In this document: positions 19,617 through 29,176 of the stretch, piece by piece
Layout of the letters: each line of letters starts with the position of its first letter
How positions within the stretch are numbered: the first letter of the stretch is position 1
Assembly: GCA_944372025.1 (NCBI GenBank)
Contig: CALVYE010000003.1
Location: 1-34,427, forward strand
Reading direction: 5' to 3'
DNA: 34,427 nt
From: an uncultured Bacilli bacterium
Lineage (GTDB): Bacteria; Bacillota_I; Bacilli_A; RF39; UBA660
The notes under the pieces: model-generated
The model's input: the letters and a program-made list of their open reading frames with translations, nothing else
Told to the model about the DNA's origin: nothing
Databases searched by the model: none
Position numbers and translations under genes: made by a program

Positions 19617-20355
19617 ATAAATGATGTGTATTTTTAGTGGTAATGTTTTCCACTTCTTCAATAGATATTCCTTTTATTTGTGCAATTCTTGAAGCAATAT
19701 AAGGAATATAATAAGGATAATTCTTCTTACCTCTATGAGGCTCAGGTGTTAAATAAGGACTATCTGTTTCTAACACAATATATGATAGTGGAATGTTTTC
19801 TATTACTTTTACTATATTTTTTGCGTTTTTAAAAGTAGAAATTCCACCAATACTTATATAAATACCTAAATCAATAAATTTTTTAGCCATTTCTAAACTA
19901 CCGCTATAGCAATGCATAACAGCTCTTTTCGGTTTATTATCTTTTAATATTTCATAACAGTCATTTATAGCATCTCTACAATGAATTATAACGGGTAAAT
20001 CATATTTATTTGCTAAATTAATTTGTTTTATAAATAACTCTTTTTGTTTATCTTTTTTATCTTTATACCAATAATAATCTAAACCTATTTCTCCGATACC
20101 TATAACTTTTTTATTTATTAATAATTGTTCTAATTTTTTCAAATCATATCCATTTTCATAAATAACATTAGGTAAAAAGCCAATAGTACAATATATTTCA
20201 TTATGATTTTTAGCAAGTTCAATAGCTTTTTCGCTGCTTTCTAAGTCATATCCACTTAAAATAATATTATTAACATTATTTTCCTTACATTTATTTATTA
20301 TATTTTCGATGTTTTTTATCTCATCATCTTCTATATGACAATGTATATCTATCAT
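19606..20355 (-). CDS. tatD: TatD family hydrolase
   Basis: DIHCH, GIGEIGLDY, IIHCR, MHCYSG, ETDSPYL. Confidence 0.96.
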   Translation of the reverse strand: MIDIHCHIEDDEIKNIENIINKCKENNVNNIILSGYDLESSEKAIELAKNHNEIYCTIGFLPNVIYENGYDLKKLEQLLINKKVIGIGEIGLDYYWYKDKKDKQKELFIKQINLANKYDLPVIIHCRDAINDCYEILKDNKPKRAVMHCYSGSLEMAKKFIDLGIYISIGGISTFKNAKNIVKVIENIPLSYIVLETDSPYLTPEPHRGKKNYPYYIPYIASRIAQIKGISIEEVENITTKNTHHLFDF

Positions 20356-20387
20356 AAAATCACTCCTAAATAAATTATATCATAAAC

Positions 20388-20414
20388 AAAAAAAGGATTA
20401 AATTAATCCTTTTT
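20388..20414. terminator. Terminator overlapping the stop of the small membrane ORF
   Basis: AAAAAGGATTA-A-ATTAATCCTTTTT inverted repeat, with a T7 tail on the minus strand. Confidence 0.65.
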
Positions 20415-20579
20415 GTGCTTTTCTTGATATAAAAATCTCCCAAAATAAACTATTAGCATAATCAGATATAACAAGCTGTATATTTCAAATCGTATAATAT
20501 TGATTATTGTAAATAGAATAATTCCTACTACGAAACCGCAAACTACTATCACTTTAGGATTTCTTTTCCTTGTTTGCAT
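20403..20579 (-). CDS. Small hypothetical two-TM membrane protein (58 aa)
   Basis: MQTRKRNPK start after AAGGAG; two hydrophobic helices flanked by basic ends. Confidence 0.65.
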   Translation of the reverse strand: MQTRKRNPKVIVVCGFVVGIILFTIINIIRFEIYSLLYLIMLIVYFGRFLYQEKHKKD

Positions 20580-20701
20580 AAATTTTCTCCTTATTATAGA
20601 TTTGTCACTTGTCGCAACAAGTGAAATATAACATAGTTCCATGTAAGAATAAAGAGAAAAAAGTCGAAAACATATAAATTTACATAATATTTTACAATTT
20701 T

Positions 20702-22279
20702 TTATTGTTTTTTGTTTAAATATTCGTTAATTTCTTCAATTTTTTCATCTTTTTTGATTCTGGCAAATAGCGGTTCTGGATGATTAACTGTTTTCGTTTT
20801 TTTCATACCATCAAAATTAGTTATTGAATCATACGAAGTTTCAAATGTATTTAATTGATGAAAAATCTTATTTGAAGTATCAGGTAAAAATGCACTAAGT
20901 AATACACTAGCTATTCTTATTGATTCTAATAAGTTATATAATACTGTTCCAAGTCTAGCTCTATTTTTTTCTTCATTAGCTAAAGACCATGGCATAGTTT
21001 CATCAATATATTTATTACATCTTCTAAGTAATTCAAATATATCATCTATTGCAGATGCCACTTTTAATTCTTCCATATGTTGCGTAACAATTTTTGGAGT
21101 TTCTAATGCTAAATTAATTAATTCATTATCAATTTCATTAATTTCTTTGTTTTGAGGGACAGATCCATCAAAATATTTTTCAACCATTGAAATTGTACGA
21201 TTAACAAGATTACCTAAAACATTTGCTAAGTCTGAATTTATTCTTTCAATAATTAAATCATATGTAATAGTACCATCATTTGCAAAAGGAATTTCATGCA
21301 ATAAATAGTATCTTATTTCATCTAATCCAAATAAATGAACTAAATCATCAGCATACATAACATTACCTTTACTTTTACTCATTTTTCCATCGCCTATTAA
21401 TAACCATGGATGACCAAAAATTTGCTTAGGTAATTCTAAATCTAGAGCCATTAACATAATTGGCCAATAAAGCGTATGAAATCTTAAGATATCTTTTCCA
21501 ATTAAATGTACATCTGCTGGCCAATATTTTTTAAATTTTTGTGAACTTTCACCTTCAGGATTATACCCTAAAAATGTAATATAATTTGATAAAGCATCTA
21601 ACCAAACATATATAACATGTTTTGGATCAAAATCTACTTGTACACCCCAATTAAATGAAGTTCTAGATACACATAAATCTTGTAAACCTTGTTTTAAAAA
21701 GTTATTTATCATTTCATTTTTTCGTGATTCTGGTTGAATGAATTCAGGATGCGTATTTATGTATTCTATAAGTCTATCTTGATATTTACTTAATTTAAAA
21801 AAGTAGGCTTCTTCACTTTCTTTTTTTACTTCTCTTCCACAATCAGGGCATTTTCCATCAAATAATTGAGATTCTGTAAAGAACGATTCGCAAGGAACAC
21901 AGTACCATCCTTCATAAAAACCTTTATAAATATCACCCTTATCATAAAGCTTTTTAAATATTTTTTGAACTTTTTTCTCATGTTCTTTATTAGTTGTTCT
22001 TACAAAACAATTATAGCTTGTATTCATTAAATCCCAAATTTCTTTTATTTGAGAAGCAATATCATCAACATATTCTTGTGGTGATATTCCAATTTCTTCA
22101 GCTTTTTGTTGAATTTTAATACCATGTTCATCAGTACCAGTTTGAAAATAAACATCATAACCTAATAGTCTTTTATATCGTGCGATAGAATCTGCTAAAA
22201 CAATTTCATATGTATTTCCTATATGAGGTTTAGCAGAAGTATACGCTATTGCAGTCGATATATAAAATTTCTTATTCAT
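20702..22279 (-). CDS. metG: Methionine--tRNA ligase (short form without the C-terminal tRNA-binding domain)
   Basis: HIGN, TGTDEHG, Zn knuckle CVPC..CPDC, YVWLDAL, IGKDI, KMSKS. Start MNKKFY (22279) overlaps the dut stop. Confidence 0.98.
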   Translation of the reverse strand: MNKKFYISTAIAYTSAKPHIGNTYEIVLADSIARYKRLLGYDVYFQTGTDEHGIKIQQKAEEIGISPQEYVDDIASQIKEIWDLMNTSYNCFVRTTNKEHEKKVQKIFKKLYDKGDIYKGFYEGWYCVPCESFFTESQLFDGKCPDCGREVKKESEEAYFFKLSKYQDRLIEYINTHPEFIQPESRKNEMINNFLKQGLQDLCVSRTSFNWGVQVDFDPKHVIYVWLDALSNYITFLGYNPEGESSQKFKKYWPADVHLIGKDILRFHTLYWPIMLMALDLELPKQIFGHPWLLIGDGKMSKSKGNVMYADDLVHLFGLDEIRYYLLHEIPFANDGTITYDLIIERINSDLANVLGNLVNRTISMVEKYFDGSVPQNKEINEIDNELINLALETPKIVTQHMEELKVASAIDDIFELLRRCNKYIDETMPWSLANEEKNRARLGTVLYNLLESIRIASVLLSAFLPDTSNKIFHQLNTFETSYDSITNFDGMKKTKTVNHPEPLFARIKKDEKIEEINEYLNKKQ

Positions 22280-22778
22280 TATTATCACTCTTTCTATCTG
22301 TACTACCAATACCACCTTTTCTTATACCTGTAGCATTGTCATCATCGGTAATTAAGTATTTGCTAAATATTCCCTGTACAATTCTATCACCAGCTTTAAA
22401 ATTAACTTTTTGGTTTCCTTCATTTTGAAGTTTAACAAAGATATGCCCTTCATTTGTTTCATTATTATAGTAATCACATTCAAATATACCTACTTGATTA
22501 CACATTCGTATATTATATTTAAATCCCATGCTACTCCTTATATAAAGTGCAAACATCTCATCATTTTGAAAATACACCTTGAGTCCAGTAGGTATAAGTT
22601 TTATTTCATTGGGTTCAAGAGAGAAGTCAAAAGGAGTACATATATCGTAACCTACTGAATAAAGTGTTGCACGTTTTGGTAATACAATATTATTATATGC
22701 ATCTTCTACATTATCTAAAAAACTTAAATCTTTTTTAAATTGTTCTAAGGAAATTTTTTCGAATCCTCTTGTTTTCAT
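22272..22778 (-). CDS. dut: Trimeric dUTP diphosphatase
   Basis: P.RAT..SVGYD, IPTG, RSSMG, NQVGIFECDYY, GDRIVQGIF, RKGGIGST. Confidence 0.95.
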   Translation of the reverse strand: MKTRGFEKISLEQFKKDLSFLDNVEDAYNNIVLPKRATLYSVGYDICTPFDFSLEPNEIKLIPTGLKVYFQNDEMFALYIRSSMGFKYNIRMCNQVGIFECDYYNNETNEGHIFVKLQNEGNQKVNFKAGDRIVQGIFSKYLITDDDNATGIRKGGIGSTDRKSDNNE

Positions 22779-22791
22779 ACTCCACCTCCAT

Positions 22792-22995
22792 AAAAAATAG
22801 ATTCATCCTTATAAGGACGAATCTATCGCGGTACCACCTTAATTTATAATAATAATAATAATTATACACTCAAATATTTAACGCATAATTTACGATTTTA
22901 CTCCAGAGCCATCTTCCATAATTGTATAACATCTATTTTCAGCATACCTAGACTCTCTAAAGAAATAACAATTATGTACTCTTTCCTTCATAGCA
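22792..22995 (-). promoter_or_regulatory. T-box riboswitch leader, Met specifier
   Basis: Stem I with AGUA/GAA loop E, AGAGAG bulge, distal GCUGAAA loop and specifier AUG at 22912-22910. T-box AAGGTGGTACCGCG (22840-22827). Terminator ATAGATTCGTCCTT-AT-AAGGATGAATCTAT-T5. Confidence 0.95.
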
Positions 22996-23011
22996 AAATA
23001 AATATATGCTG

Positions 23012-23041
23012 ATTATATCATAAATTTAGTTTAATTTTCAA
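23012..23041 (-). promoter_or_regulatory. sigA promoter of T-box-dut-metG
   Basis: TTGAAA-N18-TATAAT with an extended TG. Confidence 0.7.
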
Positions 23042-23564
23042 TATATTTTCCTAAAAATTGAGAAGCTACTTGTATTACTTTCTCATCGATTGCATCAATA
23101 GGAGTGTCCGTTGATAAAATAATCATAAGACCAATACATTCTCCATTGGATACAATATTATTTATAATGTATGAACAATTTTCTTTAATATCATTAATAA
23201 GTTCTATGCCTTCTATATCTGTTGATTTAGTGTTTTGCCTATTATTAATTAATTCTGACAAATAATTACTAATTTCCTTATTTTCGTATTTTCTTTTACT
23301 ATCTCCTGCTATTGCTATGAATTTATCTCTATCAGTAATTAATATGTCTTTTTTCAATGTTGTATAAATTGAATCAATATAACTTCTTATAATAAGACTA
23401 TAATCTTCAGATAAAGAATATTTTTTAAGTATTATTTGATTTAAATTATCCGTAAAAATTTCTATTGATTCACCATCTCTTATTCTTAGGTTTTTTCTAA
23501 TTTCTTTTGGTATAACAATTCTTCCTAGCTCATCAATTCTTCTTACTACTCCTGTTGCTTTCAT
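23031..23564 (-). CDS. spoVT: Forespore transcription regulator SpoVT
   Basis: AbrB-like MKATGVVRRIDELGRIVIPKEIRKNLRIRDGE plus a GAF-like C-terminus (ITDRD..IA..G). 177 aa from ATG 23564; follows mfd. Confidence 0.95.
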   Translation of the reverse strand: MKATGVVRRIDELGRIVIPKEIRKNLRIRDGESIEIFTDNLNQIILKKYSLSEDYSLIIRSYIDSIYTTLKKDILITDRDKFIAIAGDSKRKYENKEISNYLSELINNRQNTKSTDIEGIELINDIKENCSYIINNIVSNGECIGLMIILSTDTPIDAIDEKVIQVASQFLGKYIEN

Positions 23565-23596
23565 ATATATCCTCACTTTCTTACTACTTCTAAATT

Positions 23597-23625
23597 TATT
23601 TTGTGATATATACACCAAAATATAC
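23597..23625 (-). promoter_or_regulatory. sigG-like forespore promoter of spoVT
   Basis: GTATA-N17-CAAAATA, against the sigG consensus GHATA-N17/18-CATAMTA. Confidence 0.5.
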
Positions 23626-23721
23626 CAAAGTTTAATATTATTTTTGTGGATTTCTTTCAAATAAATCCACCTATAGTATAACTCGAAATATGCTATTTTT
23701 TGCTTGGTAATTTTTACCATT

Positions 23722-23753
23722 AAAAAAAAGACAAAGTATTTTTGTCTGTTTTT
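23722..23753 (-). terminator. Terminator after mfd
   Basis: AGACAAA...TTTGTCT hairpin followed by a T-run on the minus strand. Confidence 0.7.
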
Positions 23754-26700
23754 TTAAATGTTATCTTTTCGCATACATGTATCTAATATATTTAATAAAT
23801 CTATTAAGTAGTATATCCAGTGTTTATCAAGTTTAACAATGTCTAAAATTATTTTAATTTTTTTATTTAAATATGAAAATCTAAACATTCTAGAAATTGA
23901 ATTTGCTTGATAAAATAATTTTTCGCCATCAATTTTATTACTTAACAACTCATCTAATGAAAATTCAACAAAATTTTTAGTTTGCCTAAAGTTACGTATG
24001 TTATACTTTTTAAATAATTTCTCTAACCACTCTTCATGCATATATATTAACATGCTTTCATTAATTTTTCCAAATCTATCTTCTAATTCGTTTTTAACTT
24101 GTAAAAGGCTATCATAAGAATCTATTTGATTAATTTTATTATGAATTTCAATTTTTAAGTCTTCATCTTCTACATAACTATCAGAAATATGAGTTTCAAC
24201 ATCTATCATTGGTTTTTCATCGTTTTCTATTTCAGATAATTCTATACCCTTTAATTTTGCTACTTCTTCATTTAGCATTTTCAAATAAAGTTCAATACCA
24301 ATCGTATCAATAAATCCTGCTTGTTCACTTCCTAATATGTCTCCCGCACCTCTTATTGATAAATCACGCATAGCTATTCTAAAACCACTTCCAAGTTCAG
24401 TAAAGTTTTTAATTACTTGTAGTCTTTTTGAAGCAACTTCTCCTAAAACTTTTTTCTCATCATACATTAAATATGCATAACCTATTCTATTGCTTCTACC
24501 AACTCTACCTCTTATTTGATATAACTGGCTCAACCCAAATCTGTCTGCATTTAAAATTATTAAAGTATTTGCATTTTGAATATCTATACCTGTTTCAATT
24601 ATTGTTGTACATAATAAAATATCATATTTGTGTTCTATAAAATCTTGCATTCTTTCTTCTAATTCTTTTTTATTCATTTGTCCATGAGCATATGTTATTT
24701 TTGCATCAGGTATTAGTTTAGATAATTCATAATATTTTTTTACAATATCCTCTACACTATTATATAAAATAAAAGTTTGTCCATTTCTACTTAATTCTTT
24801 ATATACTACATCTTTTATTATGTTTTTATTTTCAGGAAGTACATAAGTTTGAACAGGATATCTATCTACAGGTGCAGTTTCAATTAAAGATAAATTTCTT
24901 ATACCTACCATAGACATTTGAAGTGTTCTAGGAATTGGAGTTGCAGATAATGTTAAAACATCTATATTGTTTTTTAAGGCCTTTATTTTTTCTTTATGTG
25001 CAACTCCAAATCTTTGTTCCTCATCAATAACGAGTAGGCCTAAATCTTTAAAAATTACATCTTTACTTAATAATCTATGTGTACCTATTATGAAATCTAT
25101 AGTTCCATTTTTTAAACCTTCTAAATTTTTTTTAATTTGTTTTGGAGTAACAAAGCGATTTAATAAACCTATATTCACAGGAAAATCTTTAAAACGTTCT
25201 AATGCATTTTGATAGTGTTGATTAGAAAGAATTGTAGTTGGGCATAAATATGCAACTTGTTTTCCTGCCATAACTGCTTTAAATATTGCTCTAAAAGCTA
25301 CCTCTGTTTTACCAAATCCAACATCACCACATAATAATCTATCCATAGGAGCTTCTTTTTCCATATCTTCTTTTATTTGTTTAATGGCTAATAATTGATC
25401 ATTAGTAGGCTTATACATAAATTCATTTTCAAACATAATTTGTTCTTCAGTATCAGGTGGAAAAGCATATCCTTTTTTAGCTTCTCTAGCAGCATATAAT
25501 TTTAAAAGATCGCTAGCAATATCTTTTACTTTTGATTTTACTCTTTGCTTTGTTTTTTCCCATTCAGTACCACCTAATTTATTTATTTTAGGTACCGCCC
25601 CTTCATTTGAAGAATATTTGCTTATTAAATCAATTTTTTCAACAGGTATATATAAGGAATCATTTCCTTTATATTGAACTTTTAAATAATCTTTCTTTAT
25701 ACCATTTTTAGTAAGGGTTGTTATACCACAATATCTTCCAATACCATGAATATCATGAACTACATAGTCACCTATCGACAATTTATTTATATCTTTTATT
25801 TTTGTTCCAAATTTATATTTGTTTTTAAAATTATGTTTTATTTCATTACTATCAAATAAATCTTTTGAACTTAAAACAATTATATTTTTATATTCGAATC
25901 CCTCATTGATACTTTTTTTAATTATATTTACAGAATTTAAAATTATGTTGTTTTCATTTGATAATATCGCATCGTTTATTATATACTCTTTAAAATTTTT
26001 AATTTGTTTGTCAGTATTTAAAGCTACGATTATTGTTTTATCACAATCTAAATAATTGTATATATCTTCTCTTATTTTTTCAATATTACCAAAATATTTA
26101 TTTACTGATTTCGAAAATATTGTTTCTTTATTATCTATCTTAATATTTGGTAATATATTATCAGTTTTCATAATAAAGATTTCATCATTAATTGATATAT
26201 CATCGAAATCATGCATATATTTTTCATTTAAATTGTTATGTACGTTATATTCTAAAATTTCACCTAATAAATTTTCATAACTATTTTTTATTTGATTATA
26301 ATCAAAATAAACTGTAATCGGGTCATAAAGATAATCTAATAAAGAACTATTTAATGAATTATCTTGAATTTCAATAAAAGGATCTATTTCAATATTATCA
26401 ATATTTTCTAAAGATAATTGAGTTTCATAATCAAAAAATCTTAGACTATCAATTTCATTATCAAAGAATTCTATTCTGACAGGATTATTTTCATTTATTG
26501 GGAATATATCAATTACAAATCCTCTTACTGCAAATTCTCCTGTTTTAGTAACAATTGATTCTTTTGTATACCCAAATAAAACAAGTTGTTCAATTAATTT
26601 TTCTCTATTTATAACATTATTTTTATTTATTATAATTTTATTTTTTAAAGTTCTTTCCTTATTTGGCAAATATTTCAAAAGGCCCATAAGATGTGTTACT

Positions 26701-27014
26701 ACAATTTTTTTACTATTTTTAATTAAATCGTTTAAAGTTGATAAACGTATACTTTTAAGTTCAGGAGAAATTGTCGCAATTCTAGTTGTCAAAAAATCAT
26801 CCATTGGGAAAAATAAAACATCATCAGTATAATTTGATAAGGCATCATATATTTTATTTGCTTCATACAGTGAGCTTGTAACGACTAAAAGACCCCTGTT
26901 TGCATATTTATATAAATTATAAATATATAGGGGTTCAATAGAATTTACTAAACCTTGGATGGCAACTTTTCCTTTTTGATAATTTATATCAAAAAAGTTA
27001 TCAAAATAACTCAT
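23754..27014 (-). CDS. mfd: Transcription-repair coupling factor
   Basis: UvrB-homology GEFAVRGFVIDIFP, RID GDYVVH..HGIG, GDVGFGKTE, DEEQRFG, SATPIPR, QIRGRVGR, TRG DL.IRGAG. Confidence 0.98.
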   Translation of the reverse strand: MSYFDNFFDINYQKGKVAIQGLVNSIEPLYIYNLYKYANRGLLVVTSSLYEANKIYDALSNYTDDVLFFPMDDFLTTRIATISPELKSIRLSTLNDLIKNSKKIVVTHLMGLLKYLPNKERTLKNKIIINKNNVINREKLIEQLVLFGYTKESIVTKTGEFAVRGFVIDIFPINENNPVRIEFFDNEIDSLRFFDYETQLSLENIDNIEIDPFIEIQDNSLNSSLLDYLYDPITVYFDYNQIKNSYENLLGEILEYNVHNNLNEKYMHDFDDISINDEIFIMKTDNILPNIKIDNKETIFSKSVNKYFGNIEKIREDIYNYLDCDKTIIVALNTDKQIKNFKEYIINDAILSNENNIILNSVNIIKKSINEGFEYKNIIVLSSKDLFDSNEIKHNFKNKYKFGTKIKDINKLSIGDYVVHDIHGIGRYCGITTLTKNGIKKDYLKVQYKGNDSLYIPVEKIDLISKYSSNEGAVPKINKLGGTEWEKTKQRVKSKVKDIASDLLKLYAAREAKKGYAFPPDTEEQIMFENEFMYKPTNDQLLAIKQIKEDMEKEAPMDRLLCGDVGFGKTEVAFRAIFKAVMAGKQVAYLCPTTILSNQHYQNALERFKDFPVNIGLLNRFVTPKQIKKNLEGLKNGTIDFIIGTHRLLSKDVIFKDLGLLVIDEEQRFGVAHKEKIKALKNNIDVLTLSATPIPRTLQMSMVGIRNLSLIETAPVDRYPVQTYVLPENKNIIKDVVYKELSRNGQTFILYNSVEDIVKKYYELSKLIPDAKITYAHGQMNKKELEERMQDFIEHKYDILLCTTIIETGIDIQNANTLIILNADRFGLSQLYQIRGRVGRSNRIGYAYLMYDEKKVLGEVASKRLQVIKNFTELGSGFRIAMRDLSIRGAGDILGSEQAGFIDTIGIELYLKMLNEEVAKLKGIELSEIENDEKPMIDVETHISDSYVEDEDLKIEIHNKINQIDSYDSLLQVKNELEDRFGKINESMLIYMHEEWLEKLFKKYNIRNFRQTKNFVEFSLDELLSNKIDGEKLFYQANSISRMFRFSYLNKKIKIILDIVKLDKHWIYYLIDLLNILDTCMRKDNI

Positions 27015-27031
27015 ATGAGATCACCTCATCT

Positions 27032-27601
27032 TTAATTTTGTGTTTTTGAATTATATTTTGACATTAATTGGTCGAATTGTAAAGTGATAAAATCTAAAAC
27101 AATGTCTGTTGCTATGTTAATAACACTATCAATTGTTTTTCTCTCTTCTTTACTGAATTTTCCTAAAACATAATTAATTATATTATTTTCATTTTTATTA
27201 GATATACCAATTTTAAGTCTTTTGTAGTTTTTAGTTCCAAGATATTTTTCAATATTTTTTAGACCGTTATGTCCTCCTGAACTACTATTAGTTTTTAGTT
27301 TATATCTACCTATTTCTTGGTCTAAATCATCGACCACTACTAAAATATCAGATACATCTATTTTGAAATAATCAATAAATTTTCTCACTACTTCTCCACT
27401 TAAATTAACATAACTTTGGGGTTTTAATAATATTATTTTTTCTCCTTTGTAATTAAATTCATAATATATACCATTGAACTTTGATTTACTATTTACAATG
27501 TCTAGTTTACTACATAAAGCATCAATAGTATCAAATCCTATATTATGTCTAGTATGTTCATATTCTTTTCCAGGATTACCAATTCCTACAATCAATTTCA
27601 T
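27032..27601 (-). CDS. pth: Peptidyl-tRNA hydrolase
   Basis: LIVGIGNPG..Y..TRHNIG, KPQSYVNLSG, GGHNG. Confidence 0.97.
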   Translation of the reverse strand: MKLIVGIGNPGKEYEHTRHNIGFDTIDALCSKLDIVNSKSKFNGIYYEFNYKGEKIILLKPQSYVNLSGEVVRKFIDYFKIDVSDILVVVDDLDQEIGRYKLKTNSSSGGHNGLKNIEKYLGTKNYKRLKIGISNKNENNIINYVLGKFSKEERKTIDSVINIATDIVLDFITLQFDQLMSKYNSKTQN

Positions 27602-27606
27602 ATATA

Positions 27607-28446
27607 TCACCTTCTATGGTATTCTTTATATATTTCATTTTTGTTAACTTTCCTATCTTTTGCAACCTTTTTTATGGCCTCTTTTTCATTAAAGCCTTTT
27701 TCTATATAATTGTTAATATGATTTAAAATAGAAATTTGAGAATAATCTTCATCGTTTTTTTTATTTCCCTCAACAATTATAACAAATTCTCCTTTTAAAG
27801 TATCACAAATAGGAATAATATTTCCCACAGTATCTCTTATCACTTCTTCATGAATTTTACTTATTTCCCGGATTAGGGAAATATTTCTATTTCCCAAAAC
27901 TTCGTAAATATTTCCCAAAGTATTTTTAAGTCTATGTGGTGCTTCATAAAAAATTAAAGTATATTCATTATTTTTTAATTTAGTTAATTCTTCTTTTTGC
28001 TTAGAACTTCTATTATTTAAAAATCCATAAAATAAAAATGGTTGCGGACTAATACCTGACATGATAAGTGCAGGAATTAAGGCATTTGCCCCAGGTAAGC
28101 ATACAACATTAAATCCATTATCTATAATAAATTTTATTGCTTCGTAACCAGGATCACTTATACCTGGTGTACCTCTATCAGATACTAAAGCTACTGTTTT
28201 TTCATTTTTTAAATATTCCAAAATTTTTTCTTTTTCAAAAAATTCATTATATTTGTGATTGGAAATAAGTGGCTTATGAATATTAAAATGGTTTAATAAT
28301 TGCTTTGTAACTCTTGTATCTTCACAAAATATAACATCAGCTTGTTCTAAAGTTTTAATTGCTCTATATGTTATATCTTCTAAATTTCCTATTGGCGTAG
28401 GCACAATATAAAGTGTTGGAGTATTATTATAACTTTTTTGAATCAT
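27607..28446 (-). CDS. rsmI: 16S rRNA C1402 2'-O-methyltransferase
   Basis: PTPIGNLEDIT.RA, CEDTR, SD.GTPGISDPG, FYEAPHR, REISKIHEE. Confidence 0.97.
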   Translation of the reverse strand: MIQKSYNNTPTLYIVPTPIGNLEDITYRAIKTLEQADVIFCEDTRVTKQLLNHFNIHKPLISNHKYNEFFEKEKILEYLKNEKTVALVSDRGTPGISDPGYEAIKFIIDNGFNVVCLPGANALIPALIMSGISPQPFLFYGFLNNRSSKQKEELTKLKNNEYTLIFYEAPHRLKNTLGNIYEVLGNRNISLIREISKIHEEVIRDTVGNIIPICDTLKGEFVIIVEGNKKNDEDYSQISILNHINNYIEKGFNEKEAIKKVAKDRKVNKNEIYKEYHRR

Positions 28447-28456
28447 AATTAATCAC

Positions 28457-29176
28457 CTACTCGAATAATTTTTTTATATCTTCTTTATAATTACCATCTT
28501 CATCATGAACATATACAGGTTTCAAAATTCTAAGACCTGGCTTTCCATTCTTTTTTCCCTCGATTAATATTGCATTACATTCGCTATTTTCTTTTGGATA
28601 TATGAACTGTATTTTTTTAGGCTCAATGTTATTTTTTTTCATAGTTTCAATTATTTCGATTAATCTATCAGGTCTATGCACCATCGCAATTACTCCACCA
28701 TTTTTTAAAATCTTTTTAGCAATACTAAATATAATATTTAAATTAATATATACTTCATGACGCGCTATTGTTTTAATTTTATTTTTATTAATATTACTAT
28801 TTTTGGAATATTTAAAATACGGAGGATTACAAGTTATAATATCAAAAAATTCTGTTTCAAAATAATTAGATAAATTTTTAATATCATCATTTATAATTTC
28901 AATTTTGTTTTCTAAATTATTAAGTTTAATTGTTTTAACAGCCAATTCATATATTTCTTTTTGTAACTCTACACCATATATTTTTGCATTAGTCTTTGTT
29001 GATAATATAAGAGGTATTGGTGCATTTCCAGTACAAAAATCAATAATATTTTCAATATTTTTATTTATTGTTACAAAATTTGGAAGTAGAACTGAATCTA
29101 AGGAAAAACTAAACCAATCAGTATTTTGCATTATTACTAAATCATTATAATTTAGTAGTCTATTTTTTACTTCCAT
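28457..29176 (-). CDS. tRNA1(Val) A37 N6-methyltransferase-like (YabB/YfiC)
   Basis: FSLDSVLL, DFCTGNA, CNPPY, ARHE, VHRPDR; upstream of rsmI. Confidence 0.9.
   Translation of the reverse strand: MEVKNRLLNYNDLVIMQNTDWFSFSLDSVLLPNFVTINKNIENIIDFCTGNAPIPLILSTKTNAKIYGVELQKEIYELAVKTIKLNNLENKIEIINDDIKNLSNYFETEFFDIITCNPPYFKYSKNSNINKNKIKTIARHEVYINLNIIFSIAKKILKNGGVIAMVHRPDRLIEIIETMKKNNIEPKKIQFIYPKENSECNAILIEGKKNGKPGLRILKPVYVHDEDGNYKEDIKKLFE

Noticed and set aside
20679-20696. WalR-like direct repeat TGTAAA-N6-TGTAAA (minus strand)
   Set aside because: Spacing is 6 rather than the canonical 5, and the sequence is highly AT-rich.
23565-23720. 52-aa N-terminal extension of SpoVT
   Set aside because: The canonical MKATG start has its own RBS; the extension covers promoter DNA.
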